Origin: the human T2T-CHM13v2.0 reference genome, Homo sapiens
Direction: 5' to 3' (one strand)
Assembly: GCF_009914755.1 (NCBI RefSeq)
Contig: NC_060932.1
DNA: 64,000 nt
The notes under the pieces were generated by a model, which did not search any database, was not told where the DNA came from, and was given only the letters and a program-made list of their open reading frames with translations. The first letter of the stretch is position 1; each line of letters starts with the position of its first letter. This document shows, in pieces, positions 1-15,227 of the stretch. A program made the translations under genes and the position numbers.

Positions 1-1652
1 GAAAAATGATAAGGAAATATTGGACATGAATTGCATTTTTGACTAAATAGGCCAAACAGATGTGTAATATTTTCATCCAATGGCAGCAGAGTACACATTT
101 TTCTTTAATGGACAGGAAGCATTCTCCAGAATCAACCATATGTTAGGCCACAATAGAAGTCTTAACAAATTTAAGGAGACTGAAATCATATCTAGCATCA
201 TTTCAAACCACAGTGGCATGAAACTAGAGATCTATAACAAGAGAAATAATGGAAATTTTACAAATATGTGGAAATTAGCAACATTCTTCTAAACAACCAA
301 ATGGATCAAAGAAGAAATCAAAAAGTAAACTTACAAATATCTTGATACATCATGAGACACACAACAGCAATAAATGCCTACATTAAAAATTAAAGAAATA
401 CCAAATCAATAGTCTAACATTACACTTCAAGGAACCAGAAAAAGAACAAACTAAACCCAAAATTAGCAGAAAAAAGGTAAAAAAAAAAATAAAAAAAAAA
501 GAAGTCAGAACAGAAATAGAATAAAATGGAGAACAGAAAAAAATAAATAACATTGAGTTCTTTTCCAAAAAAACTAATGAAAATTGACAAACAGCTAGTC
601 TAAGAAAAAAAAGAGAAAACTCAAATAAATAAAAAATAAAAGAATCATAAGGCAATATTTTGAACAAATACATACTAACAAATTGGATAACCTAGAGTGA
701 ATGGATAAATTCCTAGAGAAATACAACATACCAAGATCGACTGAGGAAGAAATAAGAAGCCTGAAAAGACAAATAACAAACAAAAAGATTGAAGAAGTAT
801 TCAAAAACTTGCTGACAAAGAAAAGCTCAGGACAAGATGGTTTCCCAGCTGAATTCCACCAAACATTCAAATAAGAATAATACCAATTCTTCTTAAACTC
901 TTTCTAAATATACAGTTATAAGGAATACTTTCAGATGCATTTTATGAGGCCAGCATCACCTTCATACATAAGACAGACAAGGATAATACAAGGAAAGCAA
1001 ACTACAGGCCATTTTCTCTGAATATTGATGCAAAAATTCTCAAGAAAAGTTTACCAAACCAAATTTAAAAACACATCAAAAAGATTATATATCATGGCAA
1101 AAAGGATTTAACCCTGACATGAAAGCCAGGGTTAACATATGCACATTAATCAATGTGACACATCACATTAACAAAATGAAAGATAAAAACAACATGATTA
1201 TCTTAGTGGATGCAGAAAAAGCATTAGTCAAAATCTAATATCGTTTTCATTACAAAAACTCTCAACAGTTTAGATATAGAAGAAAAGTTTTTCAACATAA
1301 TAAAGACAATTTATGGAAAAACTCAGCATAATCAACAAGAAACAACTGAAAGTTTTTCCATTAAGATCCAGTACAAGACAAGGATGCCTCCTCTCGTTGC
1401 TTCTATTTAACATAGTACTGGAAGTACTATCCAGAGCAATCAGACAAGAAAAAAAAGGCATTCAAATCAGAATGCAATGATTAAACCGTCTCTGTTTGCA
1501 AACGACATGATCCTGTATGTGAAAAATCCTGGGGATTTTGAAGAAAACCTGTTAGAATTAATAAATGAATTTAGTAAAGTTGCAGGATACAAAATCAACA
1601 TGGAAAAATCAGCTGCATTTTCCACACTAATAACAGCCTACTTGAAAAGGAA
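1..1652 (+). mobile_element. LINE-1 ORF2 remnant (endonuclease C-terminus to reverse transcriptase), decayed; L1M/L1PB-age
   Basis: ORF 80-292 reads EYTFF..FSRINHMLGH..SLNKFK..EIISSIISNHSGMKLEI (L1 EN motifs IDH/SDH, mutated). ORF 1477- reads [31 protein letters not shown] (RT FADD region). Many stops and frameshifts in between. Confidence 0.95.
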
Positions 1653-1979
1653 ATTATTTCTTTTTGCCATTTCCAAAGCTCTTTATTTCTTTTCTAGTTC
1701 AACAATTTTGTCTATGATGTTTTTCTTCTACCTGAAAATCTTCTTTTAATATATCTTACAGTACACATCTCTTGGCAAGAAGTTGTCTCAGATTTTTTTC
1801 TGACAAAGTTTTTATTTACTCTTATTATATAATGAGGTTCTTTCTCTGGACATTCTTTTCTTTCTCAACATCATCTGCTACTGCTGTGACCCTCACTCCC
1901 TGAAATAAATAGCAAATTTAGTCTACTAAGAGAAAAGAAAATTAATTACAACTATATTTGACTCTTCACTTTTCTTCAA

Positions 1980-2345
1980 AAATACCAGGCATATTCTCAC
2001 CTCATGGCCTTTCCACTGGACGTTCCCTCTGACTGAAACTCTTCCCCCAGATATCTATACAGCATATTCCTTCAACTCCTTCAAAAATTAACTCAAATAT
2101 CATCTTTTCAAAACAATATCACACCCATCTCCAGAAAGCACTCTTTTTCCTTCTTGCACTGTTTAATATTCCCTCCTGAGATTTATCACCTTTTATCATA
2201 GTATATTATTTACTTATTTACTTATATTTACCTGTTTCCTTCCAGTAAAATAGGAAATAATAATTTTTGTCTCTTTTTTTCACTGCTGCACTTAGAATAG
2301 TGTCTGGCAAATAGCAGACAATCACTAAATATTTATTGAATGAAA
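1980..2345 (+). mobile_element. L2 LINE 3' end
   Basis: ctcatggcctttccactggacgttccctct...tagtgtctggcaaatagcagac..taaatatttattgaatgaa resembles the L2 3' terminus. Confidence 0.8.
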
Positions 2346-3176
2346 TGCTAATTTGTGGTCGACTTCATGAATTAGATTAAGTAACATATGTAAAACACCT
2401 GACATTTAATGTGACCTCAGTAAACACTTCTTGTGTGTACAAGAAGCAGTGGTAGACACACATTATAAATATATTATAATAAACTGGTATATATTTTAAG
2501 TTTTTAAGTTTAAATTTCTCTATTATAAGTGGAAATAATAAGTAAGTACATATTTTTTAATTACATCCTCATATGAGGAGGTCCAGGTAGTAAAAAACAA
2601 TGCACATTTTACAATTGTTTTGTGTGGGGGGGTTTAAGTATGAATAGAGTTTTACTCTATAGACATAAAATCATACTAATAGTAATTGTCTATGAATGTG
2701 AAACTTGGATCTAAGGCAAGCCCATTTTCAGAGTAGGAGTGGAGATCAGTCTTCTAATTAAAACTGCAGAAAGGAATGGCCATGAATCCATGTGAACTGT
2801 AAATATATTTGCCACCAATTTCCTACATTCCTACAAATGAAGTAAAAAGAGATTTCTGAATGTGTTCCTGATAATAATTGATAATTAGACTCTGCTCACT
2901 TAGACTAAGGTGTTTTTTTTTTCATGAAAATGAAAAGTATGTAAAATGTAGAGTTATCTTGGAAGATTCAGAAAAAAAAATAACATTCCATCAGAGTGGC
3001 ATAAAAAGATAAAGAAAAAGTAGTTGTCTAAGAAGGGGACCCTAGGGCACCAATGAGGTTTAGGATGATATAGAGACTTATTTTTCACTGAACACACTTT
3101 GTACCTGTTGATTTTTAAAATCATAGGCATTTATAGTATATAAAAAGCATATAAGATGCAGTAATTTCATTTATGG

Positions 3177-3482
3177 ATGTATTCATCTGAGTTCTTCAGA
3201 GAAACAGAACAAAAAGCTTTTTTATATAGAAAAACCTTTATTTTAAGGAATTGGGGGCTGCAGAGTCCAAATCTGCATTGTGGACTAACAGGCTGGAAAC
3301 CCAGAAGACCTGATGGTAAAGATGTACTCTGAAGACAGCATGATGGAAAATTCTCTGTTGCTCAGAAGGCCGATCTTTGGTCCAACTCAGACCTTCACTT
3401 GATTGGATGAGGTCTACCTACATTATGAAGGGCAATCTGCTTCCTCAAATTTCACCAATTTAAATGTAAATTTCACCAAAAA
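3177..3482 (-). mobile_element. MLT2-like ERVL LTR fragment
   Basis: tgtattcatctgagttcttcagagaaacaga is the reverse complement of the MLT2 3' end; also gattggatgaggtctacctacattatgaagggcaatctgc. Confidence 0.75.
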
Positions 3483-3499
3483 TTACTAGATTAAGAAAG

Positions 3500-4115
3500 C
3501 ACAGATTAATCTCCAATATATTAAGCTGAAAGAAAGATGCCTTTCATAAGAGAGCACAGAAGGTATGATTTCACTTATATAAAGTTCCAGAACAGAAAAA
3601 TCTAATCTATGGTGGAAAAAAATCAGATAAGTGGTTGCACCTGTTTAAGTATTGATAAGGAAGGAGCAGGGAGAAACATTCCAGATTAATGGAAATGTTC
3701 TATATCTGGAAAGGTACTTGGTTTCCAGAGTTATATGCAGTTGTCACATCCATCGAATGGTATGCTAAAAATTGTGCATTTCATTATGTAAAAATTTTAC
3801 CTGAAAAACTAAAAATAAATATTGAGCACTAGTTAATGATATACATGCTTAAGTATTTATAGGTTGTTAACGTTTCAGCATGCATATCATTAACTAGAAT
3901 TTAATATTTGTTTACTGTATACAACCTACTTTAAGATGCATTAATTCATTTAGGTGGATTTGTGGATAAACAATGGGACAGATAGATGAATAGTTATGTG
4001 AGAAAGTAAATATGGTAAAGTTAACTATGGCACCTATGTGGTGGATATATGGGTATTCATTGAACACATTTGTATTTCTCTATGTTTGAAATGTTTTAAA
4101 ATAAAATATTAAGAC
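3500..4115 (+). mobile_element. Old L1 3' end (L1MC/L1ME type)
   Basis: atgatttcacttatataaagttccagaacag..aatctatggtgg..atgttctatatct..tatgtttgaaatgttttaaaataaaa. Confidence 0.7.
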
Positions 4116-5067
4116 AAAAAGAAAATGTAAATTAAAAAATTACTTTTACAAGTATTTCCCTCTATGCATTCAGCATAATTGGCCCTCCTTGGGTAAAATT
4201 AGAAATCCATTTTCCTAATTATTTTACATTCAAATATAAAATATCTACAAGGAAAAACTGCAACAAAATTTCATTTACCTTTTTCAATTCCATTTCTTGC
4301 TAGAGAGCAGATGCAAACTGCAGCAAAGACTACAGCACTACTTATGAAAAAATCCACATGATTATTCACTTTAACAGGGCACAAAAGTGAGAATCTGAAA
4401 GAAGGGTTCAAAAGGCTCTAATCTCGCTGCCTAAGATGTATTCTTGTTGTCTTTGCAAACTATTAGAACTCTAGACCTACAGCCATGACATTGTATATTG
4501 AAATGTTACTAACAAAACATCATTTGCCTCACTAGAATTCTCCAGATGAGAGCTCTGAGTTCTTCAGGTAAAAAGGGAGTGATATCAGTCAACACTTTAG
4601 TCTGATTCCAGATTGCAAAATGAAGGATGGACTTGTATCACTTATTTGATTCCAATTTGTACAAACTGGTCAGTGATTAGGCAAAGTAAATATTGGAAAG
4701 AAGAAATTCCTTCTAACTTACCAATGGCAATTTCAGGTATGAAATAAAACATTACCTATGTCACATAACTTACATTATGTCAATAACTCTGCACTAATGA
4801 TGGTGAACTTCACTATAGGCACTCTATTATAATTTTAAAAAGGCTCAATTGGAAGTCTTCTGGATCCTCTTCCCACTTTTACTTCTCTGTGACCCCACTT
4901 CCACTGTCCTTAGGGTAATCCATTCAGACAGAGTTTGATAATGTTGAAAAAGTAGTTTCCAGTAATAATGCATCAATGCCTTTTCATTCACATAGCACTT
5001 TGCCATTTTAATATGTTTTGGAAATATCCGGCTCAATAAGACTTGATAAGATGATGCTGCCTATAGC

Positions 5068-5197
5068 ACTAGCTTTCAAACCGTTGTTCAAATGCAGCTG
5101 CATGAAAGTCACTTAGGTTGCTTATTTCAAAAGTAGGTTTATTGGACCTACCCCTCACCTACTCAAACAGAATTTTGTAAGAGGGCATCCAGAATCT
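5068..5197. mobile_element. MER5-like hAT-Charlie MITE fragment
   Basis: tgcatgaaagtcacttagg..ggacctacccctcacctactcaaacagaat..agaatct. Confidence 0.55.
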
Positions 5198-5220
5198 TCT
5201 TTCTTTCTGTCTATGTAGGT

Positions 5221-5233
5221 ATCTAGATATCTA

Positions 5234-5268
<35 letters not shown>

Positions 5269-5320
5269 ATCTATCTTCTATCTATCTATCTATATCTATC
5301 TATCTAATCTGTCTATATAT
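5221..5320. repeat. (ATCT)n compound tetranucleotide microsatellite
   Basis: Directly visible; the perfect core is about 5235-5266. Confidence 0.95.
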
Positions 5321-5816
5321 GTGTATATCTACCAATCTATCACTTTGTAATGATGCTTTCAATCAATTAAGCTTAAAAATTACATTTTTCTTACTAGTTC
5401 TGCCAATTCTTGGCATGAGAATCTTGTTGACAATTGTCACCTGAGGTTCAGCTGGTTGAGACAACCAACGATCCACAATATGTGAGGAACATTTGAACAT
5501 TGGAACCAAAAAGAGACAAAAGGATTAATTCAAAATACATTAGTATCCATAATAGGATGGCTTTATTAGCATATGTGTATATAGAAAAGAGAAAAAGAGA
5601 GGAGTGTAATTTGAGGTACAGTAATACCTACATGATTCTGGTTGTAAGGCCTAATTCTTTCTTCCTAGAAATTAGTAACAATACTTACCAAATGAGGCTA
5701 AGGCTATAACTTTGTTTGGCCAGGATCTTTAGTTTTTCTTTCTTTGTCATCTGGATCACTCTCTTTTTCTATCTCTGATTTTCAGTGGAATAGTGGCTTT
5801 ATAATATCAGCTATGA

Positions 5817-6094
5817 CAAACTAACACAGGAACAGAAAACCAAACACCAAGTGGGAGTTGAACAATGAAAACACATGGAAACAGGGAGGGAATATCACAT
5901 ACCAGGGCCTGTTGGGGGATGGGGGGCAAGGGGAGGGAGAGCATTAGGACAAATACCTAATGCATGCAGGGCTTAAAACTTAGATGACGGGTTGATAGGT
6001 GCAGCAAACCACTATGGCACGTGTATACTACCTATGTAACAAACCTGTATGTTCTGCACATGTATCCCAGAACTTAAAGTAAAATTTTTAAAAA
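5817..6094 (+). mobile_element. 5'-truncated L1PA (L1PA7/8-like) 3' end with TSD
   Basis: L1PA 3'UTR (gggagggagagcattaggacaaatacctaatgcatg..aacttaaagtaaaa); TSD atcagctatga at 5806-5816 and 6095-6105. Confidence 0.93.
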
Positions 6095-6113
6095 ATCAGC
6101 TATGAGATTACAA

Positions 6114-6580
6114 TGTTGAGAGACAACTCTCTATAAGTCTCTTTTATTCTGCATGCCTTGCAACAGAGGCACCAACTGCTTTTGTTCTGAGCTATATTTT
6201 CAAGAATATTTCTATAACAAACATCCTTGGAAGATAGAGATAATGTCTTCCTCCAGGCCAAAGAGCAGATTTTCTTAGTACTTAGTGTAAAGGATTCAGG
6301 TTTTCTGTGTTCCAGGTTTTATCTTCTGTGATGCAATCCATTACATGTACAGGTGTCACCTGGCCTTCTTCGTTTCACCCGGTGAGAATTGAGGATTAGG
6401 GTTCTTCTAGTGCAAGAAAAGACTGGTTATTTAGCTACTGCTAGTGCTGTGAGTAATTCACTGTCCTTTGTCTCTAACTCAGATGTCATGTGTCTTTGGC
6501 AGAATTCATGAATCTGTGGCAAGGTAATTGCTTACTTGCTTAAAAGTAGGATAAAATATCAGATTTTTCAGTTTTTGACA
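6114..6580 (+). mobile_element. Solo LTR, ERVL class (LTR40-like)
   Basis: TG..CA termini (tgttgagagacaactctc ... gtttttgaca), about 470 bp; family assigned from recalled consensus. Confidence 0.7.
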
Positions 6581-6735
6581 GGCAATTGCATAACATTTTC
6601 AATTTATCTCTACTTTCTAAAAGTTCAGATGAAGTAGTAAGCCCTTGGCAACTTTATTTTATAATTCTAATTATCTAGTTCGTAATATATAAAATTCCAA
6701 GAAGCTCTTGCTGTTTCAAAGAAACAAACACTCTA

Positions 6736-7046
6736 GGCTAGGCATGGTGACTCACACCTGTAATCCCAGCACTTTGAGAGACCAAGGCAGGAAGACCACT
6801 TAGAGCTAGGAGCTCAAGATCAGCCTTGGCCAAAAAGTGAGACCCCCATCTCTACAAAAAAATAAAATAAAATAAATTAGCCAGTTGCAGTGACATGTAA
6901 CTGTAGTTCCAGTTACTCAGAAGGCTGAGGCAGAGGATTCCTTGAGCCCGGGAGTTCAAGGTTGCTGTGAACTATGATCATGCCACTGCATGCCAGCCTG
7001 GCTGACAGAGCAAAACCCTGTCTCTACAAAAAAAGAAAGAAAAAAA
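6736..7046 (+). mobile_element. Alu (AluJ-like), full length
   Basis: Dimeric Alu with J-type features (gaggattccttgagcccgggagttcaaggttgctgtgaactatgatc) and an A tail. Confidence 0.95.
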
Positions 7047-7459
7047 CATCTGAAAATCTCTTCTACAGGTAATTACAATCCCAAACATGGCATCTCTCCT
7101 TTAGCCAGGTCTACACTGTCAGTACATTATCTCTCCTCAAAGTTCTGATATGTGTTCTTCTGGAGGGAAAAGCTGGCATTTTATCACTGTTAGGAATTCA
7201 TTTTATCCCTATTGGCCTCTGCATGTGTAGCAACTTCCACGTTGAAGCTAAACTGAAATATCTTCTTCCATTAATTTTATGAGTGACTTTCTGAATGTCT
7301 AAGAAGTTTGACCATAGCTGCCTATGCAACTAGAAAGGAAGTAGGAAGATAGCAATTTCTTACCAGTTTCATTTCTAGGTTTAGGTATAGACTTCCAAAC
7401 ACATTTTTTATTTTATTCTCTATTTTATGTAAACATATAGTCTTATCAACTTGAATAAT

Positions 7460-8425
7460 TTTAAAGTGGAAAAAGATCTTAGAAGCCACCTATGTGCAAC
7501 CTCCCACATTAAGCAGGCATGTGCTCTACTAACTATAAGCAGCCATTGTTTAGTAATCTACAGTGATGGGAGCTTATGGAATTCATATAACATGCTTATT
7601 GTGATTGAGTTAATTTAATAATTTAGCAGCACTTGTTTATACTAAGCATAAATCAGTTATCATAATCATCTCCAGTTGTTAGTCCTATGCCTATCCTCAA
7701 GAGCCACCACTGAATTAATTTACTCCCTCTCAAATATCATAAGCTATCTACCCCCAAACTAAACTTAACAAATCACAAAGATTTTTTAATGACATGGCTT
7801 CAAAATCTTTGGGTATCTAGCAAAATCCATACTCAAATGCACTTCATATGTGCTCAGCCCACAATAGCCTACTAGCAAAACTTAATACTGTATTAGCCTT
7901 TTTATGCAGATGTATCACATTGTTGATTTTTATTGTGTTCACAGTTAACTAGAAACATCAGATACTTTACACATGAATTTCTAACAGCCAGGTTCATTAC
8001 ATTTTAAATTCATGCAATTGATTTTTTTATCTAAATGCATTGTGCTAAGTTAGTTTGGTGGGTTTTAATCCATTTTTTCCGTCCTCTTAAAATTCTTTTT
8101 GAATGTTATTGCTATAATCAAACTATTGGTACCTTTTCCAAGTTTTCTCATTTAAAAATCTGAAACAAATGTCTTTTAAACCTTTACTCAAGTTATTGAT
8201 TAAGACATCAGATAGAACAGAGCCAGAAATAAAAAAAGCCTTTGATCTTAAACTTTAAACTTCTTTCATGGTTGACATGATTTTAAGCTCTATATTTTTA
8301 TGTGTGAATATTTAAAATGCTTCAAATTTATCTTATTTTTGTCAGTTAGGATTCATTTATTTATCTTATTCCCAATGTTGCAATGACTTGAGATAATTTA
8401 ATAAGTATCTTGCTGAAATTTGAGA
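7460..8425 (-). mobile_element. L3/CR1 LINE fragment (RT to 3' end), highly diverged
   Basis: gtggaaaaagatcttagaagccacctatgtgcaacc; cagatactttacacatgaa..gccaggtt..tgcaattgattttttt; caagttattgattaagac..agaacagagcca, colinear with the antisense L3 consensus as I recall it. Confidence 0.65.
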
Positions 8426-8456
8426 AACTACTCGATTAAATATATTATAAAGTTTA

Positions 8457-8743
<287 letters not shown>

Positions 8744-9299
8744 AAACTTTGAAAACACTGAAAATATAGATAATGCCAGTTAACTCTATTATAAAGGTGG
8801 CTGTGTAAATTAGAAGTGGTCCACATAGCCTGCATAATAACATACAGATGAACAAAGAAGTGCAAATAAAATTCACATAAAACACATAGCTTCAACATTA
8901 TTACAAGTTAGAGAACAAAAGTTTTAAATCACCTGTACATAGACAAATCAACATTAAATGCCAACAGAGATACCATTAGACTTCTCGCTGTCACTTCAAG
9001 ACATTGGATATGGGGAATGGTGCTGAGTCTAAAGAGACTGCATGGAAAAGTGGAACACAGAAAAAGAAACATATACACAGCAAACACAAATTCACCACAC
9101 AAAGAAAAATCCAACACAGAACACAGGTCAGAAACCTGTTGGTTGAAAGTATGAGCTATAGTTAAAAGATTTGAAAATATATGTGTCTGAGATGGCAGTC
9201 ATGGGAAAACATTATATCTAGGGGGAGAAGAAGGTAAGTAGGAAGGAGGAGACATCATTTTAAGCTGTAGTAGTGAAGCCAAATCAAGAATTAAGAGGA

Positions 9300-9980
9300 A
9301 AAAAATAAGGCTCTTGAAAAAATGAAAAAAACAAGAAACATAAATTCTTTTCCCTCATCATCACCACCGACATAAAAGTTATTCATTAAAAAAGTAACTT
9401 TATGAAACTAACAGAACAAAAAGTGGTTTTGAAATACAAACAGAATTTATCAAAAGGATAGAATAAAATTAGCCTATTTCCATATAATGATACTATGTAA
9501 GAAAAACAGAAAATGATAAACAATGTATCTGATAAAAATCTCCCTCAAAAAACAATCTTAAAGTAGAAAAAAATTATAGCACAACACTCAAACTAAATAA
9601 AATATCCTACAAAAGATCATTTCAAGATCATGCTTATATAATTAATTCAAAATTTAAAAACAAAAATAGATAAAACAGCAAAAAAGGAAATGAACTGACA
9701 GCAGTTACTAAAAGTTAAAGAAAAAGACATACATGAAAATTAAGGTGAAAGACAATTAATCAAGAATAGAGTTAAATGAAAATTGATAGGAAGAATTAAA
9801 TAGGGACGGGTTAACAAAAGTAATGAAAAAAAAAGAGGAGATAAAGGACAAAAAAAGAGTCAGAAAGAAAGGGATTAAAATGGTATACAGGCAAAGAAGA
9901 GCTACCATAACAGTAACTGGAGTCCCTGAAGAATATTATTAAACAATGTAACAAAGACTGTACATTTAATTGTAATCCAG
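9300..9980 (+). mobile_element. HAL1/L1 ORF1-like remnant, 5' part
   Basis: A-rich ORF1-like sequence (caggcaaagaagagctaccataa..actggagtccctgaagaa) that resumes colinearly at about 12651. Confidence 0.5.
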
Positions 9981-11278
9981 AGTTCTACTTTTGGCCACAA
10001 TGAATAAACAAGGCTCAAACTAGCAATCCTGCCTCAACAACACTGAAGAAAATATAAACAAGAATTGTTTTCCAACATTGGAGATCAGGTAGTGAAGGAC
10101 TGTGACCTATGAGGAAAGAGAATGAGGTGAGCCTTATAATTATTCCCATTTGGGGTAGCAGAGTCCTGTGGGCTAAACTGAGTTGAGGAGGCGGAGATTA
10201 GAGCTTGCCTAATTCCTTGGCTGACGACCAATTATGAAAACACACACAAGACCACTAAGTGTACCTAGCTTAAAAGCATTAGATGGAAATCTTAAGAGCA
10301 AAACTGAGATATCAACTTCTTCATTTTGTGAGGGAGATAACTTTTCAGTTTGAGTCCATGCAAATTAACTACTGGAATAAAAAGCCAACACTCTCCAAAA
10401 GAACATAACAGAATTACTATATTATATTATCTACAATATTTACTTAACAATGACAATTATGAGACATGTGAAAAAAATAAAAATAAAAAGTAAGTATGAC
10501 CTATTCAGAGGAGAAAGAGCAGTCAATGAAAACATTCTGAACAAGAGCCACTGTGGGATATAGTAGATCAAAACTTCAAAGCTTATATTACAAATATATT
10601 CAAAGAATTAAAAGATAAATATTCAAAGAATTAGAGGAAAAATGATAAAAGTGAGTCAACAAATAAGAACCATCAGTAGACAAAATGCCATTATATAACT
10701 GAAAATCCTATAACATAAAGAAAGTAATAATTCGCTAGATAGGGAAGAACAGTTAATTGATAGACTACTTGATTTTGAGAGATATTAAAGCAAGAGTAAT
10801 AGAGTGAATTTTAGCCTAAGGAAAAAATATTTAGATTAGTGAAACAGAAAAGAGAGTCCAGAAATAGATCCACACATTTACGAGCAATTGATTTTTAACA
10901 AAGGCACCAAGGTAATTCCATAGGAGAAAGGATTAACTTTTCAGCCAGTAGTGCTTGAACAACTGGACATCCATCCATAAAAAAGTTCAATGAACTTCAC
11001 ATCATAGACAAAATTAATTCAAAATAATGTATAGATCTATTGTAAAAATTCAAACTATAAAAATTTTAGAAGATAACATAGGAGACCATCTTTTTGACCA
11101 TGGGTTAGGTAAGCTCACATTCTCTAGACACAACCTACTAAACAACTAAGGATAAAATAAAAAATCGATAAAGTGAATTTTATCAAATTTTAAAATGTCT
11201 GCCTTTCGAAAGTTACTCCTAGGAAAAATTGACAGGCTATCACAGTTGAGGATAAAAATATTCACAATATATATCACA

Positions 11279-11282
<4 letters not shown>

Positions 11283-11310
<28 letters not shown>
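11283..11310. repeat. (AT)n microsatellite
   Basis: Directly visible. Confidence 0.95.
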
Positions 11311-11313
<3 letters not shown>

Positions 11314-11703
11314 CTATTATGTATATCTGATAAAGAAGTTGTTTTCAGAAAATATCATTTTAAAACTTTTATAGATTAATAATATTAAGACAAACAGGTT
11401 TTCCCAAAACTGGCAACAGATTTAAACAGTAGCTTTGCTAAAGAAGCTATATGAATAGTCAATAATCACATAAAAAGGTGTTCGACATCATTTATCATCA
11501 AGGAAATTCAAAAGAAAATAACAATTAGCTACTACTGCACAACTAGTACAATGGCTGAAGTAAAAAACAAACAAAAAAATGAATATACAGTGTTGCAAGG
11601 AAGTAGAGCACACAAAACACTCATATGCTATTGTTGGTAATATAAAATTGTTCAAGAGCTTTGCAAAGCAGTTTGGCAGTTTCTCATAAAATTAAAGGCA
11701 CAT

Positions 11704-12008
<305 letters not shown>

Positions 12009-12650
12009 TTAAAGGCACATTTACCCGATGATCCAACAATTCCTCTCTTATTTGTCCAAGAGAAACAAAAACATGTACACCAAAAAACTTGTTCACAAAT
12101 GTTTACAGAAGGTTTGTTTCCAAAAGCTAATATGTAAAACAACACGAGTATCTATCAAAGGCTAAATTCTTAAATTTGTGGTATATACATACAATGGAAT
12201 ACTACATGTCAATAAAAAGGTATAAACTACGAACACATAAAACAGTATGGATAAATTCCAAAATCATGCTGAGAAAGAGAAGCAAGATAAAACAGAAACT
12301 AGGCACCCTACATGAACCCTGTATGATATCACACACAATATGTTTATATTGTATGATTAACTTATATGAAATTCCAGAAAAGTCTAACCTGTAGTGATAG
12401 AAATCAAATCAGTGATTGCTTGGGGCTATCACATGGGTGGTAAGATAGATGCTTGGGGAAAGGGATTAACTGAAATGGAGTGGAAGGGCATTTCCTTGAG
12501 GCATAAGAAAGTCCTATATCTTGATGTGGTAGTGTTTATGTGGGTAACAAAACATATACATTTATCAAAAGTCATCAAACTCTCATTTTAAACAGTTGAA
12601 TCTTAATGTATGTAAATTATTCCTAAATAGAATTGAGTTAGGAAAAAAAA

Positions 12651-13450
<800 letters not shown>

Positions 13451-13625
13451 GTAACATGAAAACAAGGATGATGAAAATGATGGAAAATATTGTATAGATA
13501 TGATTTCACAAAGAATAAAGAATTCAACTTAAAAAATCAAAAAAGGAGTGACAATTTAAAAATAAGTTAATTGATTGTTGGAGTGGAGATTAAGAGATAA
13601 TCATTTTACGCTGACAAACCAACCA

Positions 13626-13963
13626 TAGACATGCACGACATGATGACATTTCAGTCAACAACATATCTCATATATAACAGTGGTCCTATAAGATTATATT
13701 ACTGCATTTTTAAAGTATCTTTTCTATGTTTAGATTCACAAATACTTTCCATTGTGTTCCAATCACCTACAGTATTCAGTACACTCACATGTTGTACAGG
13801 TTTTCGACCCAGGAGCAATAAGCTATACCATATAGCCTAGGTGTGTAGCAGGCCACACCATGTAGGCTTGTGTGAGTCCACTCTATGATGTTCATGCAAC
13901 AACTTGGTTGCCTGACAACACATTTATCATACTGTATCCCCGTTATTAAACTATCCATGACTG
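13626..13963 (+). mobile_element. Tigger3a (MER7-type) TcMar DNA transposon
   Basis: ggtcctataagattata..aggagcaataagctataccatatagcctaggtgtgtag..catgactg followed by TA. Confidence 0.88.
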
Positions 13964-15227
13964 TAACAAATGTAAGAAAAAGGGGAATTAAAGGTGCTGT
14001 AAAAGGTAAAAATAAAAAGATAATCACTAGAACAAATAAGACATCACATTTTCAATATACTAAAGGAAATTGTTTTAAAGTGCAAAGAAATTTATATAAC
14101 ACCCATTTTAACTTCCCAGAAATAGTCAGTTAACTAGAATTATTTCCAGTGTCTCCTTCTCTCTTCCAACCCTTTTTCTTTCTCTTTCTCTCATGCATTC
14201 TCTCTCTTTCTTCATGTGCATTATTACTATAAACTTGAATTGTTGAATTGTATTTTCATTTAATATTTTGTCATGAGCATTGTCAGTGACATCAAATGTT
14301 CACTAAAACATGACTTTTAATAGATTCTTGTATATTCCATATAATGGATGAATTGATATATTTGTTCTAAAATCTTACTGGCTCATTGTGTTTTGTAATC
14401 AAGAGTGTATTCATTTATTTATTCACTTAAAATGCCTTTATAAGATGCCACATGTTGTACATGATACATCTATGAGCAGGACAGAATTATCCTCTGCCTG
14501 TCTAGGAAGAAATTTAAGCAAATAATAATGTGAACTGCACCTGGGAACAGGAGATTAAGACCATTCAATTATACTTCCTGAAGGTCTCTATTTTAAAATT
14601 GTTTCTAAAAGTACCATTTCTCCTTGACATTTTTCTTTCTCCATAATTGGGAATACATGTACATTCACCTTTTCATTCTACAAAATTTTAAGTTTATATA
14701 AAACATGTTGAACCTATTTTTTTCTTTAACTATCAGTAGCATTGATGGTAATGGTATCTTAACTCTTAATATACAACATTAGCTGTTCTTGTTTCCTCTT
14801 CTGTTCTCCCTCCATTATTAGTTTTGTTGTTATGAACTGGAACTTTGGATTCATATTTTATGAATAATCATGTATTATTCACCAAATATCATCTTTAAAG
14901 AATTGTTTTAAACATTTGCCATATTCTATGAACATTGTAATGACTATTAATTCTATATGCATCTGCTATTGTTCATAACCTCAGTCATTTTATACCACAA
15001 CTTGTTCATTTTTGAATTTCTTACGTCAACTCCTTTTTTGGTTGGCTAGAGTATTTTAAAATATTTTTTCTAGGAAAGCAGTATCTTTGTTGATATTTAA
15101 ATATATTGTTTGTATAACATTTTAAAGGGCGATTACTGTAATTTAATCAAAAAAGAAGTCAGTATGTTTTGACAAAATGTATTCTTGAAAAATGAAAAAT
15201 TATTAATAATCAGTTTAAATTTCTTTG

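Noticed and set aside
80-1749. L1 ORF2 as a functional CDS
   Set aside because: It is broken by stops, frameshifts and deletions, and the catalytic motifs are mutated.
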